From Dehalococcoidia bacterium (GTDB taxonomy: Bacteria > Chloroflexota > Dehalococcoidia > UBA2979), in the NCBI GenBank assembly GCA_965219085.1, contig OZ244720.1:2560001-2624000 (forward strand): DNA of 64,000 nucleotides, given 5' to 3'. This document shows positions 52,101-60,354 of this stretch, piece by piece (the stretch's first letter is position 1; every line of letters begins with the position of its first letter). Position numbers and translations under genes: made by a program. Below the pieces are notes generated by a model. It was not told the origin of the DNA, made no database searches, and saw nothing but the letters and a program-made list of their open reading frames with translations.

Positions 52101-55100
52101 GGCACCACGGTGACGGCGGACGTCTCGGGCGTCTCCGACGCCGACGGCCTGCCCGCCAGCGGCGAGTTCCGGTACCAGTGGTTCACCGTTGACAGCGGCT
52201 CCAACACGCCGATCGGCGGTGAGACGGATCAGAACTACACGCCGGTGAGCGCCGATCTCGGGAAGTCGATCAGGGTGCGGCTGCGCTACACCGACGACGC
52301 CTTCTTCACCAACACCGTGTTCAGCGCCGCGGCGGTGGTGGCGTCGGGCACGGGCAACCACCCGCCGCAGTTTTCCACGACCTCCACGTCGCGGACGTTG
52401 ACCGAGAACACGGGGGCGGGCGTGAACGTCGGCGCGGCCGTCAGCGCCAGCGACGCCGACAGCGGCGACAGCCTGACCTACACGCTGGAGGGGACGGACG
52501 CCGGCTCGTTCGACATCGTCCCGGCGAGCGGGCAGATCCAGACCAAGACGGGCGTGACCTACGACTTCGAGACGCAGACGAGCTACTCCGTGACGGTCAA
52601 GGCCGACGACGGCAACGGTGGCACCGACACCGTCGCGGTGACCATCAACGTCGTGAACGTCAACGAGCCGCCGGTGATCAGCGGGGTGTCCAGTGTGAGC
52701 TACGCCGAGGGAGGCACGGCAGAGGTCGCCAGCTACAGCGCGACGGACGAGGAGGGGGCCACGATCACGTGGTCGCTCTCGGGCACGGACGCCGGCGACT
52801 TCGAGATCGGCGCCAACAGCGGTGTGCTGACCTTCAAGACCTCGCCGGACTACGACAACCCCGCGGATGGGAACGGCGACAACGACTACCTCATCAGGGT
52901 GCAGGCCTCGGACGGGACGAACCTGGTCCCGTTCGACGTGACCGTGACCGTCACCGGGGTGGACGAACTCCCGACCATCCCCAGCGGTCCGGCCAGCGTG
53001 GACTACGCCGAGAACGGCACGGCGGCGGTCGCGACCTACAGCGCGACGGACCCGGAGGGCGACACGATCACCTGGGCGCTGATAGGCCCCGACGCCGGCG
53101 CCTTCGCGATCGACGCCGGCGGCGTGCTGACGTTCGCCGCCACGCCCGACTACGAGAACCCCAGCGACCAGGGCGGCCAGTCCGGCGACAACGTGTACAG
53201 CCTGCTCGTCGTGGCCTCGGACGCCGGGAACAACACCGCCTTGCTGGCCGTGACCGTGACCGTCACGCCCGTGGACGAGACTCCCGTGGTCGGCGGCCAG
53301 GCGAACGTGAGCTACGCAGAGAACGGCACGGCCGATGTCGAGACCTACAGCGCGGCGGACCCGGAGGGCGACCCGATCACCTGGTCGCTGGCGGGCGCCG
53401 ACGCCGGCGACCTCGCGATCGACGCCACCGGCGTGCTGACGTTCACCGCCCCGCCCGACTACGAGGACCCCCGCGACCAGGGCGGCGACAACGAGTACGT
53501 CGTGACGGTGCAGGCCTTCGACGGGACGAACATGGGCACGCGCGAGGTGACCGTCACGGTCATCGACGTGAACGAGCCGCCGGTCATCAGCGGCGATGCG
53601 ACCGTCGGCTTCGCCGAGCACGCCACGGGCAGCGTCGCCACCTACACCGCCGACGATCCCGATGACGCCACCATCATCTGGACGCTGGCGGGGACGGACA
53701 GCGGGTTCTTCTCCCTCAGCGGCGGCGTGCTGACCTTCGACACGCCGCCCAACTTCGAGCTCCCACAGGACGCGAACTTCAGCAACGACTACGAGATCAC
53801 GATCGGGGCCTCCGACGGGGCCAACCCGGTGAGCCAGGCGGTGACCGTCACGGTCGTCGACCTCGAGGAGCCGGGGACGATCAGCCTCTCCTCGCCGCAG
53901 CCGCAGGTCGGGACCGGGCTGACGTCCACGCTCGATGAGCGGGACGCGATTGTCGTCGCCGCCGTCCGGAAGTGGCATCGCTCGCCCGACGGGAGCACCG
54001 CTTGGACCCTCATCCTGGGGGCCACGGCGAGCAGCTACACGCCCGTGCAAGGCGATCTGAACTATTACCTGCGGGTGACGGTGTCGTACACCGACACGCA
54101 CGGCCCCAAGACGCCGGAGGCCGTCTCGGAGAACGCGGTGCGGCCGGTGCCGGCCGGCGCCAACCATCGTCCCGAGTTCGACGAGGGCTTCAGCACGACC
54201 CGCTCCGTCGCCGAGAACTCGGCCGGCGACACGCCCATCGGCGACCCGGTGGAAGCTACCGACGCCGACCCCGCCGACGTCGTCGCACTGACCTACTCGC
54301 TCTCGGGCTCGGACCTCTTCACGGTCGACCCCGCCACGGGGCAGATCGCGGTCGCGGAGGGCGCGGTGCTCAACCACGAGGCGCAGGCTTCGCACACGGT
54401 CACGCTGACCGTCGCGGATCCCGGCGGCCTGGAAGACACCATCACCGTCACCATCACCATCACCGACGTGAACGAAGCGCCCGAGCCGGTGGGCGACGAC
54501 GCCACGACCAACGAGGACACGCCTGTCATGATCGAGGTGCTGGACAACGACAGCGACCCCGAGGATGACGACCTCACTGTCTCCTCGTTCAACTCCCCGG
54601 CCAACGGCTCGGTGGCGAGAGCCCGCGACGACCCCAACAAGCTCACCTACACCCCCGACCCCGACTTCCACGGCGTGGACACGTTCACCTACCAGGCGAC
54701 CGACGCTAGGGGCCTCTTCGGGGAGGCCACGGTCGTCGTGATGGTGAACCCGGTGAACGACGCGCCGGAGTTCCCCGCCGGCCCGGTCCAGCGCTCCGTC
54801 GTCGAGACCGCGCAGGCAGGGGACAAGGTGGGCGACCCGGTGGAGGCCATCGACCCGGATGTCGGCGACACGCTGACGTACGCACTCTCGGGCATCGACG
54901 TGAGCAGCTTCGGGATCGACGGGGACACGGGCCAGATCACCGTGGCCGCCGACGTCGATCTCGAACCGACGACCGAGGATAACCTCGCCCTCAGCGTCAC
55001 CGTGACTGCCACAGAGGTGCGCACCGATGGGCAGTCTCCCGCCAGCGACAGCATCCAGGTCACCATCACCGTCACGACCGGTTCCACCGGTCCCGTCATC

Positions 55101-56711
55101 AGCGGCGGCGGCGGGGGTGGTGGCGGCCCGTCGGGGCCCTCGCCGAGCGAGCTGGACTTCGAGTGGAACGTGAAGCGCGACCTCGAAGCGCTGGACGGCG
55201 GCCACGACACGCCGACCGGCTCCTGGTCGGACGGCACAACCCTCTGGATACTCGAAAACGGCTCCGGCGCCGACGACGCCATCTACGCCTACGACCTGAA
55301 CACGGGCGAACGCCTGGAGGAGCGCGAGTTCGAACTCGACGAGCGCAACCGCGCACCGCGCGGCGTCTGGTCCAACGGCACGGTCATCTGGGTCTCCGAC
55401 AGCGGCCAGGACCGCCTCTTCGTCTACGACCTCGGGACGGGCGAGCGGCTGCCGGAGCGCGACCTCGAGCTCGGCGAGCGCAACGGCGGCGCCCGCGGCA
55501 TCTGGTCCGACGGCGTCACGATGTGGGTGCTCGACAGCCTCTTCGCCTACGACCTCGGGAGCGGCGAGCTGCTGGCGGAGTACGCCCTCGACGACGCCAA
55601 CGGGAGTCCCCACGGGATCTGGTCGGACGGCGTCACGATCTGGGTCTCGGACCACGGCGCGAAGCGGCTCTTCGCCTACCGCCTCGAGGATGGGGCGCTC
55701 GTACGCAACAGCGAGGAGGAGTTCACGGAGCTGAGCAAGGCCTCCAACAACAGCCCGCGCGGCATCTGGTCGGACGGCGAGGTGATCTACGTGGCCGACG
55801 AGAGCGACGACAAGGTCTACAGCTACAACATGCCCGACGCGATCGACGCGCGCCTCGCCTCACTGTCGCTGAGCGGCATCGAGATCGGGGAGTTCTCGGG
55901 GGACCGCACGGAGTACGACGGCGTCGCCGCCGAGGGCGTGACGGAGACGACGGTCGAGGCGGAGGCGATGCAGCGCCGTACGGATGTCGCCATCGACCCG
56001 CCCGACGGCGACGGGGACGAGGCGAACGGGCACCAGGTGGCGCTGGAGGGCGTCGAAGAGATCACCGTCACCGTCACCTCGGCCGACGACAGCCGCACGA
56101 AGGTCTACCGTGTGCGCTTCCCTGAGGTGGCGTGGGACCCGGCCCGCGATCCCTGGCCGCACTGCCTGCGCGGCGCCGTCTCCGAGGGCTTCAGTCTCAT
56201 CGTCTACGAGGGGGGCAGCGTCGAAGAGCTGCTCGCCTGCGCGGAGAGCCGGGAGATCGTGGCCCTCTACGCCCTGCATGAGGGTGTCTACATTTCCTAC
56301 ATCCTCGGGGCGCCGGACTTCGTCAACCGCGAGTTCACTGAGCTGTTCGCCGGCGGGTTCCCGGTCATGACGCCTCTCGTCGCCGGCAGCAACGGACCGC
56401 CCTCGGCGGACCCGTTCGGGGATGACCTTGACGCCGCTGGGCCGCAGCCGTGGCCGGAGTGCCTGCGCGGGGACGTTGTCGAGGGCTTCAGCCTCGTCAT
56501 CTACGAGGGCGGTAGCGTCGATGATCTCGTGAACTGCGCAGAGAGCTTGCGCGTCACGGCCCTCTACGCGCTCCACGACGGCGAGTTCGTCTCCTACATC
56601 CTCGGCGCGCCTGCGTTCGTGAACCGCGAGTTCAGGGAGTTGTTCGCCGACGGCCTGCCCGCCGTCACGCCGCTGGTCGCCAAGAGCGAGGGGCCTCACG
56701 AGGCCAACTGA
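43191..56711 (+). CDS. Giant (~4500 aa) secreted S8 kexin/furin-like protease-adhesin: PPC-like, S8 + P-domain, WSDG propeller repeats, cadherin/FN3/Ig-like repeats, paired C-terminal domain
   Basis: Catalytic VAVVD / HGTYVAG / AAGN / GTSAATP; P-domain (DLQIELESPDG..GAWKLRV); many GxWSDGxTMWV repeats; cadherin DxD..LDYE..DVNE motifs; FN3 YxVQVRA. Confidence 0.93.
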   Translation: MRRPRPPAHGGRRAFLLARLGRNIHALLLRNAWMLLAALLVSPLLVLHATGVAGQTIETRDGDTFATATDISLGASVEGEIDSADDPDYFKLDLSGQSGTTDVVISTTGSTDTTGKLYGSDEMLIMEDDNSGTDTNFHMEETLSPGVYYVLVEGSGSATGSYTLYAKPVLSPGSSVEMSIDSIGEVDHHILDLTGETGTTDVSLFAVSDNLRLVRSNGSKPDRLTNTDALGQRRVLHHWYYTDVDGGTAYAFDVKSDDVEEESWRTGDYRVHFATVPSGAGSFFDPTTLSLDVPTSGKLRSLDHYFGLTLDEPKDLVIMTFLSARAVILDSDGNEISVNDTYDHSSEYLYSTISDDFAAGNYFVKISAPDANSFNPVYYALYAYEDTGYGEWSDACDVATGALTFQVSDPLYACQWHLNSADSAGMDIDVESVWASVTGAGVNVAVVDETIDYSHEDLAANVDSTLSYDYGPLSSAYRSIDHHGTYVAGVIAARDNAIGVRGVAPRATIYGYNLLGDGETLFSHDRAVDAMSRNQDVTGVSNNSWGLSGDSAGFVMAPTQWWTVLDGGVTQGYGGKGVFYVFAAGNGHPYGANSNLDEMINHYGVTAVCAVGAEDTRASYSEQGVNLWVCAPSQGGYEGDAAADRAIVTTENSDRYTNAFVGTSAATPIVSGVAALLRQVNPALTWRDLKLILAASARKNDPGNAGWTDGTRKYGSSNASDTYHFNREYGFGMVDAGAAVALARSWSLLPPFLDDSEQSSPLNAAIPDNNTSGITSSLTLDTDIEFTEFVEVEVTIDHSYWRDLQIELESPDGAVSTLAVAAQVSPSASPGTFRFGSAKHLGEDPNGAWKLRVSDQVAVDSGTLESWSIKVYGHGSTIRAASTGPTTATATVWQHNPDSASRTVHLRHSDNDGATWSTPAVQTTTGASVEFSVTGLAPNAEYKLQASLDGAFADKVQADFVNRPARQDIGTASPSRNLKGLWSDGTTMWVADRTNFRIYAYTLATGARDADKDISNLAGAGNTHPEGIWSNGTTMWVSDFFDEKLYAYALDGGARDADKEFNLAAANTSHWGLWSDGATIWVADSGDEKLYAYALDGGAREADKDINTLAAGNAYPWGLWSDSTTMWVSDLSNGRVYAYTLATGADEGRKFNTLAAGNGNPFGIWSDGKTMWVADSQGKLYAYYVPANTNLSALSVNGTPVADFRPGFTTYQLAVANLVTQATVSGDAADGDATVAYGGAANATGQVDLVEGRNVVTVTVTAEDAAITKDYTVSINRASAAPYGWRADKDLDTLAAAGNTFPFDIWSDSTTAWVVDWQDQKLYAYTLATGARNAVKEFDLKSGNTSPTGIWSDGATIWVGDSQDDMFYAYMLDTGARVSNKDLDPSLVAVGDLWSDGTTMWMADFGNRKLYAYTVVTGRRNPDKDIDLTTTNVYGHGLWSDGTTMWVADLQGKLYAYALDGGARKAGQDFDTLAAAGNISSRGIWSDGETMWVADSHDAKIYAYNMPPPNSPPEFSDGASTTRSVAENTAPGENVGSAVAATDVDGDTLTYTLEGTDAASFDIVTTSGQILTSAALNYEQKTSYSVTVSVADGEGGTDTIGVTINVTDVNEKPATPGPPTVTATANITTSLDVSWTAPGLNGGPALTGYEVRYRISGSWIDWTHSGTGTSATITGLTASTTYDVQVRALNGETPSAWSSTGTGSTGTPANNAPEFSDGASTTRSVAENTASGANVGSAVTATDADGDTLTYTLDGTDAASFDITSTSGQILTSAALNYEQKTSYSVTVSVADGEGGTDTIGVTISVTDVNEKPTTPGAPTVTATSNTTDSLDVSWTAPGLNGGPALTGYEVRYRISGSWIDWTHSGTGTSATITGLTASTTYDVQVRALNGETPSDWSSTGAGSTGTPANNAPEFSDGTSTARSVAENTASGANVGSAVTATDADGDTLTYTLGGTDAASFSIVGASGQIQTSAALDHETKSSYSVTVSVADGEGGTDTIGVTISITDVDEPPSAPAAPAISGVSGFNDRLLVSWTAPSDTDRPAVTDYDVQYRESGVGAWSDWSHTGTATTTTITGLDAGATYQVQVRAENDEGEGAWSASGTQATNAPPAFAGSTTTRAVEENTAAGMGVGAVVTATDADNDTLTYSLEGTDASSFVIVANSGGIQTKSNVTYDHEAKSTYSVTVRAKDGQGGDATISVTITITDVDEPPSAPAAPGVAFTSGTTDGLDVSWDAPVDTGKPPLTSFEVQYRKTSASTWATWLFVGPGATAKIKGLDAGTEYEVQVRANNDEGMSAWSASGMAETDAAPAFASGDCQYNSCTVTFGESLDSTSGNTPPVGAFTLTAGGASLTIGGVSVSGTTVTLSSVSPFIRQGQAITLAYADPSTNNDTAALQDALGNDVASFSETLTNSSPYDFPSEPTQLSALQNGRNQIDVEWTAPTDNGGDANFSYRLEVSTDAGANWTTQVASQTATTYNHTGLMAGDTRHYRVFTVNIIGDSRASSTASATTNRPPTGALVIDGTAQVAEKLTANTSNISDADGLPADDQFNFQWLRVAGGNEFSIPGATQSSYRPVPADLGQTLRVRLDYDDNAEFAETLTSAATAAVQESPYGEIVWAATLTAGQAGTTLGFNSTGPVGSLEAKTFAPGAITVSQLTYDGGAGTFAVTGLGSGDYILYLGSGPQGAHALIVDPASDADDVFDFSSTGLSWSAGQAVEVRLTLNREPVGVPLISGAAVEGTTLTAGIENVTDADGLPASDQFRYQWIVTDGGTESEITGATGTTYTPELTDLGKTYTVRVDYTDNANFPESLTSAPTDPIEVRGQVIWSAELTVEGWGEPSLRSFGFDASSATVRGALQPDTIIHNGAYEVESLLYSGHQSFGTGPVLNKTMLFSTTTELPAGDYALWVVDDDGDADLGDLPFIFPAADADGFLQNPVVLTWADDDTVDVRLTVNRLPGGALTISGQAKVGTTVTADVSGVSDADGLPASGEFRYQWFTVDSGSNTPIGGETDQNYTPVSADLGKSIRVRLRYTDDAFFTNTVFSAAAVVASGTGNHPPQFSTTSTSRTLTENTGAGVNVGAAVSASDADSGDSLTYTLEGTDAGSFDIVPASGQIQTKTGVTYDFETQTSYSVTVKADDGNGGTDTVAVTINVVNVNEPPVISGVSSVSYAEGGTAEVASYSATDEEGATITWSLSGTDAGDFEIGANSGVLTFKTSPDYDNPADGNGDNDYLIRVQASDGTNLVPFDVTVTVTGVDELPTIPSGPASVDYAENGTAAVATYSATDPEGDTITWALIGPDAGAFAIDAGGVLTFAATPDYENPSDQGGQSGDNVYSLLVVASDAGNNTALLAVTVTVTPVDETPVVGGQANVSYAENGTADVETYSAADPEGDPITWSLAGADAGDLAIDATGVLTFTAPPDYEDPRDQGGDNEYVVTVQAFDGTNMGTREVTVTVIDVNEPPVISGDATVGFAEHATGSVATYTADDPDDATIIWTLAGTDSGFFSLSGGVLTFDTPPNFELPQDANFSNDYEITIGASDGANPVSQAVTVTVVDLEEPGTISLSSPQPQVGTGLTSTLDERDAIVVAAVRKWHRSPDGSTAWTLILGATASSYTPVQGDLNYYLRVTVSYTDTHGPKTPEAVSENAVRPVPAGANHRPEFDEGFSTTRSVAENSAGDTPIGDPVEATDADPADVVALTYSLSGSDLFTVDPATGQIAVAEGAVLNHEAQASHTVTLTVADPGGLEDTITVTITITDVNEAPEPVGDDATTNEDTPVMIEVLDNDSDPEDDDLTVSSFNSPANGSVARARDDPNKLTYTPDPDFHGVDTFTYQATDARGLFGEATVVVMVNPVNDAPEFPAGPVQRSVVETAQAGDKVGDPVEAIDPDVGDTLTYALSGIDVSSFGIDGDTGQITVAADVDLEPTTEDNLALSVTVTATEVRTDGQSPASDSIQVTITVTTGSTGPVISGGGGGGGGPSGPSPSELDFEWNVKRDLEALDGGHDTPTGSWSDGTTLWILENGSGADDAIYAYDLNTGERLEEREFELDERNRAPRGVWSNGTVIWVSDSGQDRLFVYDLGTGERLPERDLELGERNGGARGIWSDGVTMWVLDSLFAYDLGSGELLAEYALDDANGSPHGIWSDGVTIWVSDHGAKRLFAYRLEDGALVRNSEEEFTELSKASNNSPRGIWSDGEVIYVADESDDKVYSYNMPDAIDARLASLSLSGIEIGEFSGDRTEYDGVAAEGVTETTVEAEAMQRRTDVAIDPPDGDGDEANGHQVALEGVEEITVTVTSADDSRTKVYRVRFPEVAWDPARDPWPHCLRGAVSEGFSLIVYEGGSVEELLACAESREIVALYALHEGVYISYILGAPDFVNREFTELFAGGFPVMTPLVAGSNGPPSADPFGDDLDAAGPQPWPECLRGDVVEGFSLVIYEGGSVDDLVNCAESLRVTALYALHDGEFVSYILGAPAFVNREFRELFADGLPAVTPLVAKSEGPHEAN
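47720..49220 (+). repeat. Intragenic 600-bp tandem repeat (cadherin+FN3 unit), ~2.5 copies
   Basis: ccggagttcagcgacggg recurs at about 47727, 48327 and 48927 with near-identical DNA. Confidence 0.9.
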
Positions 56712-56827
56712 TCGCTCTTCGCTGCCTGCGCCAGCTCGTAACGGCAACCGCCTATCGGCCTGGTGGAGGCAACGCCGCCTCCCATGAGTAGCGCAGCGTT
56801 TGGTGTGGATTGGAAAACCGAGACCTC

Positions 56828-58516
56828 CGTCTCGAACCAGACGATCGTCGGGAAGTCGACGAGGTCGAGGCCCGTCTGCACGAGCCGCGGGTGGCAGACG
56901 AGCACGTCGGCACCCTCCTCGACGCGCTGCGCCACCCACGCCTCGCGGCGCTCAGGCGGGACGGCGTCGGACTTCATGACGGCCACCCGGAAGCCGTGGC
57001 GGCCGAGGAAGTCCTCCATCCGCCCCGTGATGTCGCGCGTCCCGGTGTGGGTCGCGTAGACGAGCACCCGGCGGCCCTGGACCCGCTCGGCGGCGACGAG
57101 GTCGACCAGCGCCTGCTCCTTCGGGTAGAGCTTCTCCGCAGGGAGCGGCGGCACCTGTACGAGCAGCTCTTCGCCCTCCGGGTCGAAGACCGCCTCGCCG
57201 CGCGTGCAGCCGTCGGGGTAGGCCAGCAGCGTCTGCAGGTAGGTCGCGAGCAGCCGCCGCGAGCCCTTCGAGAGCGCGTCGGCGAGCGCCGCCCGCAGCG
57301 TCCCGAAGAGCGTGTCGTAGCCGCTGTGCTGCGAGAGCCCGGCGGCGTCCGCCTCCGCGTCCATCGAGGAGAGCAGCACGCGCTCCTCGTAGGCCGGGAG
57401 TCCCGAGGCCACGTCGGCGAGCCGCAGGAAGACGCTGTTGCCGATGAGGTGGAAGAGGGCGGCCGGGGCGAGCCCCGGGCGCTCCCGGATCACCTTCCGG
57501 TACTTGCGCCTGCGGCTCGTGCGCCCGTCCTCGAGTGAGTCGCCGTCGTCGCGGCCGATCGTGTGCTCGACGAAGCCGTAGCGCTCGATCCAGCGGCCCT
57601 CCTCGGAGCGCCCGAACTCCCCCCGAATCTCCGGGCTGAACCGGTAGAGCAGGTGGAAGAGCGTCGAGGAATAGCCGCCCATGAGCGTGCCGCTCAGGCT
57701 GAGCGACTTGCCGCAGACGTCGGCGAGGATGCCGGCGGCGATGCCCTGGGCGGAGCCGCGGCCCTTGTACTCGTGCACCTCGTCGCCGACGAGCAGGTCG
57801 AAGAAGCCCTTCAGGCGGTGCTTCACGTAGTCGGCGAGCGGGTAGCGCTTCGGACCGGAGCGGTCGGCCTGCCAGAGGGCGGAGCCGCACTCCGGGCACC
57901 AGCGCTTGCGGCGGCCGAGGTCACGGCCGAGCAGGGGCACGCCGTCCTTGTCGACGATCTGGGCGTGGCAGTCCGGGCAGCACGGCACGCGGAACGGCTC
58001 GCCCGTCTCCTCGTGGCGGACGAGGCGGCCGCGCACCGTCGCCCAGCGCTCCACCGTGGCGGGCTGCCAGCGGTAGGAGAGCTTGGCGCGCTCGCGCGAC
58101 ATGATCGCGAAGAGCGGGCCGAGGCCGGTCGTGGCGCGCAGCCGCTCGAGGTCGGTGATCGAGGCGACGATGACGGCGCGGGCGCCGGGCACCGTCTCCT
58201 CGACCTCGCGCTTCCACTTGCGGGTGAGGTGCGGCGGGCAGAGCACGAGCACCCGCTCGAAGCCGGCCATGTGCGCCGCCGAGGCGGCGATGAAGGTCTT
58301 GCCCGTGCCCATCTCGCCGACCACGGTCGTGCCGCGCTGCGCCTCGAGCGAGAGCGCCGCGCCGCGGATCGCGTCGGCCTGCGCCCCCAGGGGAGCGCGC
58401 AGCAGGGGCGGGAGTTCGCGGCCCGGCTCGGAGGGCCGGTAGCGGGGTGGGTAGGACTCCACCACCCGCCGGGCGATGGCGTCGCGGTATGCGTCGATGA
58501 ATCCTGCGAGGTCCAT
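56828..58516 (-). CDS. SF2 (SNF2-like) helicase of ICE backbone, 5' part (interrupted)
   Basis: GEMGTGKT, Zn fingers CPDC/CPEC, GDEVHE, LSGT, LVQTGLDL. Motif VI is missing and is found at 30188. Confidence 0.9.
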
Positions 58517-58609
58517 GGTTCCGTTCCTTTCTTGCTTTGGTCGTGACGTGGCGAGGCCCCGCGATCGCATGACCGCGGGGCCTCGTGGATGCGGCCCGGT
58601 GTCGAGCCG

Positions 58610-59644
58610 TCAGGCGGCGATGTCGGTGATCTCGCCGATGTCGAGGTCGAGGGCGACGACGGTGGTGCGCAGCCGCTCTCGGTAGGTCTCCTTCTCCGGC
58701 GTGGTCTCGACCAGCACCATCTCCTTGCTGGTGCGGCCCTTGACGAGGATGCGGCTGCCGTCGGCCTCGAGTTGGAGGTTGTCGAGGAAGCCGGCCGCGA
58801 CCAGCATCGCGAGGTGGCCGCGCCGCAGCGGCATGAGCGGCCGCGTTCGCCCGTCCTCCGCCGGCCAGAGCGCGTCGGTGACCGTGGCGCTGACCCAGAG
58901 CCCGGAGCGCCGCGACTCGGCCGCCGCGGCGACCGGGTCGATGGTGCGGGTGGCGAAGAGCACCTCGCCGCCCACGCTCGCCCGCGCGTTGTAGACCGGG
59001 TAGCGCTGCCGGCTCAGCTCCTCGACGTTGCCCTCCATGCACTCCTGCAGCCGCACGGCGCTGTACTGGTCGTACTGCACCTCGGCCTTGCGCGTGCCGG
59101 TGACGACGACCTGGTCGAAGGCCTCACGCTCCGGGTCGGGGAAGGCCCAGCAGCGCAGCCGCGCGTAGTGCGAGGCGAGGTAGTTGGCGGAGCCCGCCAG
59201 CCGCCGCCTCGGCACCACGAACACGAGCAGCCCATGCTCGGCCAGGTAGCGCGTGCAGTGCCGCAGGAACGCGTGCTCGGTCCGCTTCTCCTCGCCCGCG
59301 TCGTCGTCGTACGGCGGGTTCAGGTAGAGCAGCCCGAACGCCCCGTTGGCGATCGAGGTCTGGAAGAGGTCCGTGCCGAGCACGTGGTCGAGGCGGCCCT
59401 CCGCCTCATGTGCGCGCTCGGCGTGGAGCTCGACCCCGTAGGTCTCGACGGCGGAGCCGTCGGGTCGGCCGATGCGCGCGGCGAGGTCGGCCAGCGCATC
59501 CCCGGCCCCGCAGCAGGGGTCGAGGACGCGCAGCGCGGTCTCGCCGCGAGCGGTGCTGCGAGCCTGCATCAGGCTCGCGATCATCTCGGTGACGCGTGGC
59601 GGCGTCGGGTAGAACCCGCCCTTCGCCTGTGCGGCCAGTCTCAT
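58610..59644 (-). CDS. Class I SAM-dependent DNA methyltransferase (DUF6094-type)
   Basis: GGFYPTPP, VLDPCCGAG, YGVEL, LYLNPPYD, RPLMPLRRGH. Confidence 0.85.
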   Translation of the reverse strand: MRLAAQAKGGFYPTPPRVTEMIASLMQARSTARGETALRVLDPCCGAGDALADLAARIGRPDGSAVETYGVELHAERAHEAEGRLDHVLGTDLFQTSIANGAFGLLYLNPPYDDDAGEEKRTEHAFLRHCTRYLAEHGLLVFVVPRRRLAGSANYLASHYARLRCWAFPDPEREAFDQVVVTGTRKAEVQYDQYSAVRLQECMEGNVEELSRQRYPVYNARASVGGEVLFATRTIDPVAAAAESRRSGLWVSATVTDALWPAEDGRTRPLMPLRRGHLAMLVAAGFLDNLQLEADGSRILVKGRTSKEMVLVETTPEKETYRERLRTTVVALDLDIGEITDIAA

Positions 59645-60294
59645 CTCGTGTCTCCTTCCGGGTGTTCGCTGGTTGACTGCTCACGCGGCAGCGTGAGCGT
59701 CCCGGCCGCCACGGCGTGCGAGAGGTCCTCGCGCAGCGCCTCGGCGTCCGGGGTGCAGCGGTAGGCGGCGATGCCGGCCGACTGCAGCGGCACGATCTCG
59801 CCCTCCGCCAGTCCCCGCTGCCACAGCCAGTCCGCCCAACTGCGGTGCAGGGGCAGCGGGCTGCGGCGGTCGAGGAAGCGGTGGTGCAGGGCGGGCGCCT
59901 CGTCCTCGCCGGGGGCGAGCAAGAGGAACCCGTCCCGCTCGAAGGCGTACTCGGCCATCCGCGTGTAGACGAGGGCATGCCAGCCCCCCGAGACCGGCAG
60001 GCGAGCGATCTTCGTCGTCCACGTCCCCAGCGTCTCGTAGGGGATCTCGCAGCGGTGGAAGCCGCCGGAGAGCACCGTCCCGTCCGTGCCGACGAGCAGG
60101 TGGGCGGTCTCCGGTGGCCGCTTGAGGAGGGCGGCCCAGATTGCCTTGAGGGCGCTCTGGGCTCCGACCATCGAGAGGAACCAGAGTCCCTCCGAGTCGG
60201 GGTCGCGCGCGAACGCGTCGGCCGTGGCCGAGAAGCCGTTCGCGCTGATCGTGTACAGGTCCCGGGTGTCCGGGGCGGCGTGGGCCGCGGTCAT
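59641..60294 (-). CDS. Hypothetical ICE protein
   Basis: 217 aa, ATGA-coupled to the methyltransferase; LWFLSMVG..PLPLHRSWADWLW. Confidence 0.7.
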   Translation of the reverse strand: MTAAHAAPDTRDLYTISANGFSATADAFARDPDSEGLWFLSMVGAQSALKAIWAALLKRPPETAHLLVGTDGTVLSGGFHRCEIPYETLGTWTTKIARLPVSGGWHALVYTRMAEYAFERDGFLLLAPGEDEAPALHHRFLDRRSPLPLHRSWADWLWQRGLAEGEIVPLQSAGIAAYRCTPDAEALREDLSHAVAAGTLTLPREQSTSEHPEGDTR

Positions 60295-60354
60295 GGCCTG
60301 TCTCCTTCCGTAGGTGCCTGGTGGTTCGTGCGCGGGCACGGGCCCGCGTCTGCG

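Larger units (their letters stand above)
30187..56827. mobile_element. ~26.6-kb serine-integrase element inserted in the helicase gene (GA core on minus strand at 30187-30188 and 56826-56827)
   Basis: Joining the flanks restores F-E-T-D-Y-S in frame. The inner arms GTGTCGATTGCCAAACCGGAGCC and GTGTGGATTGGAAAACCGAGACC form an inverted repeat (17/23 identical). Confidence 0.88.

Noticed and set aside
48537-55655. 932-aa and 1305-aa minus-strand ORFs and long off-frame plus ORFs
   Set aside because: Shadows of the giant surface protein produced by codon bias.
56696-56825. Helicase C-terminal tail EVSVFQSTPN..
   Set aside because: Read-through into the inserted element's end, not helicase sequence.
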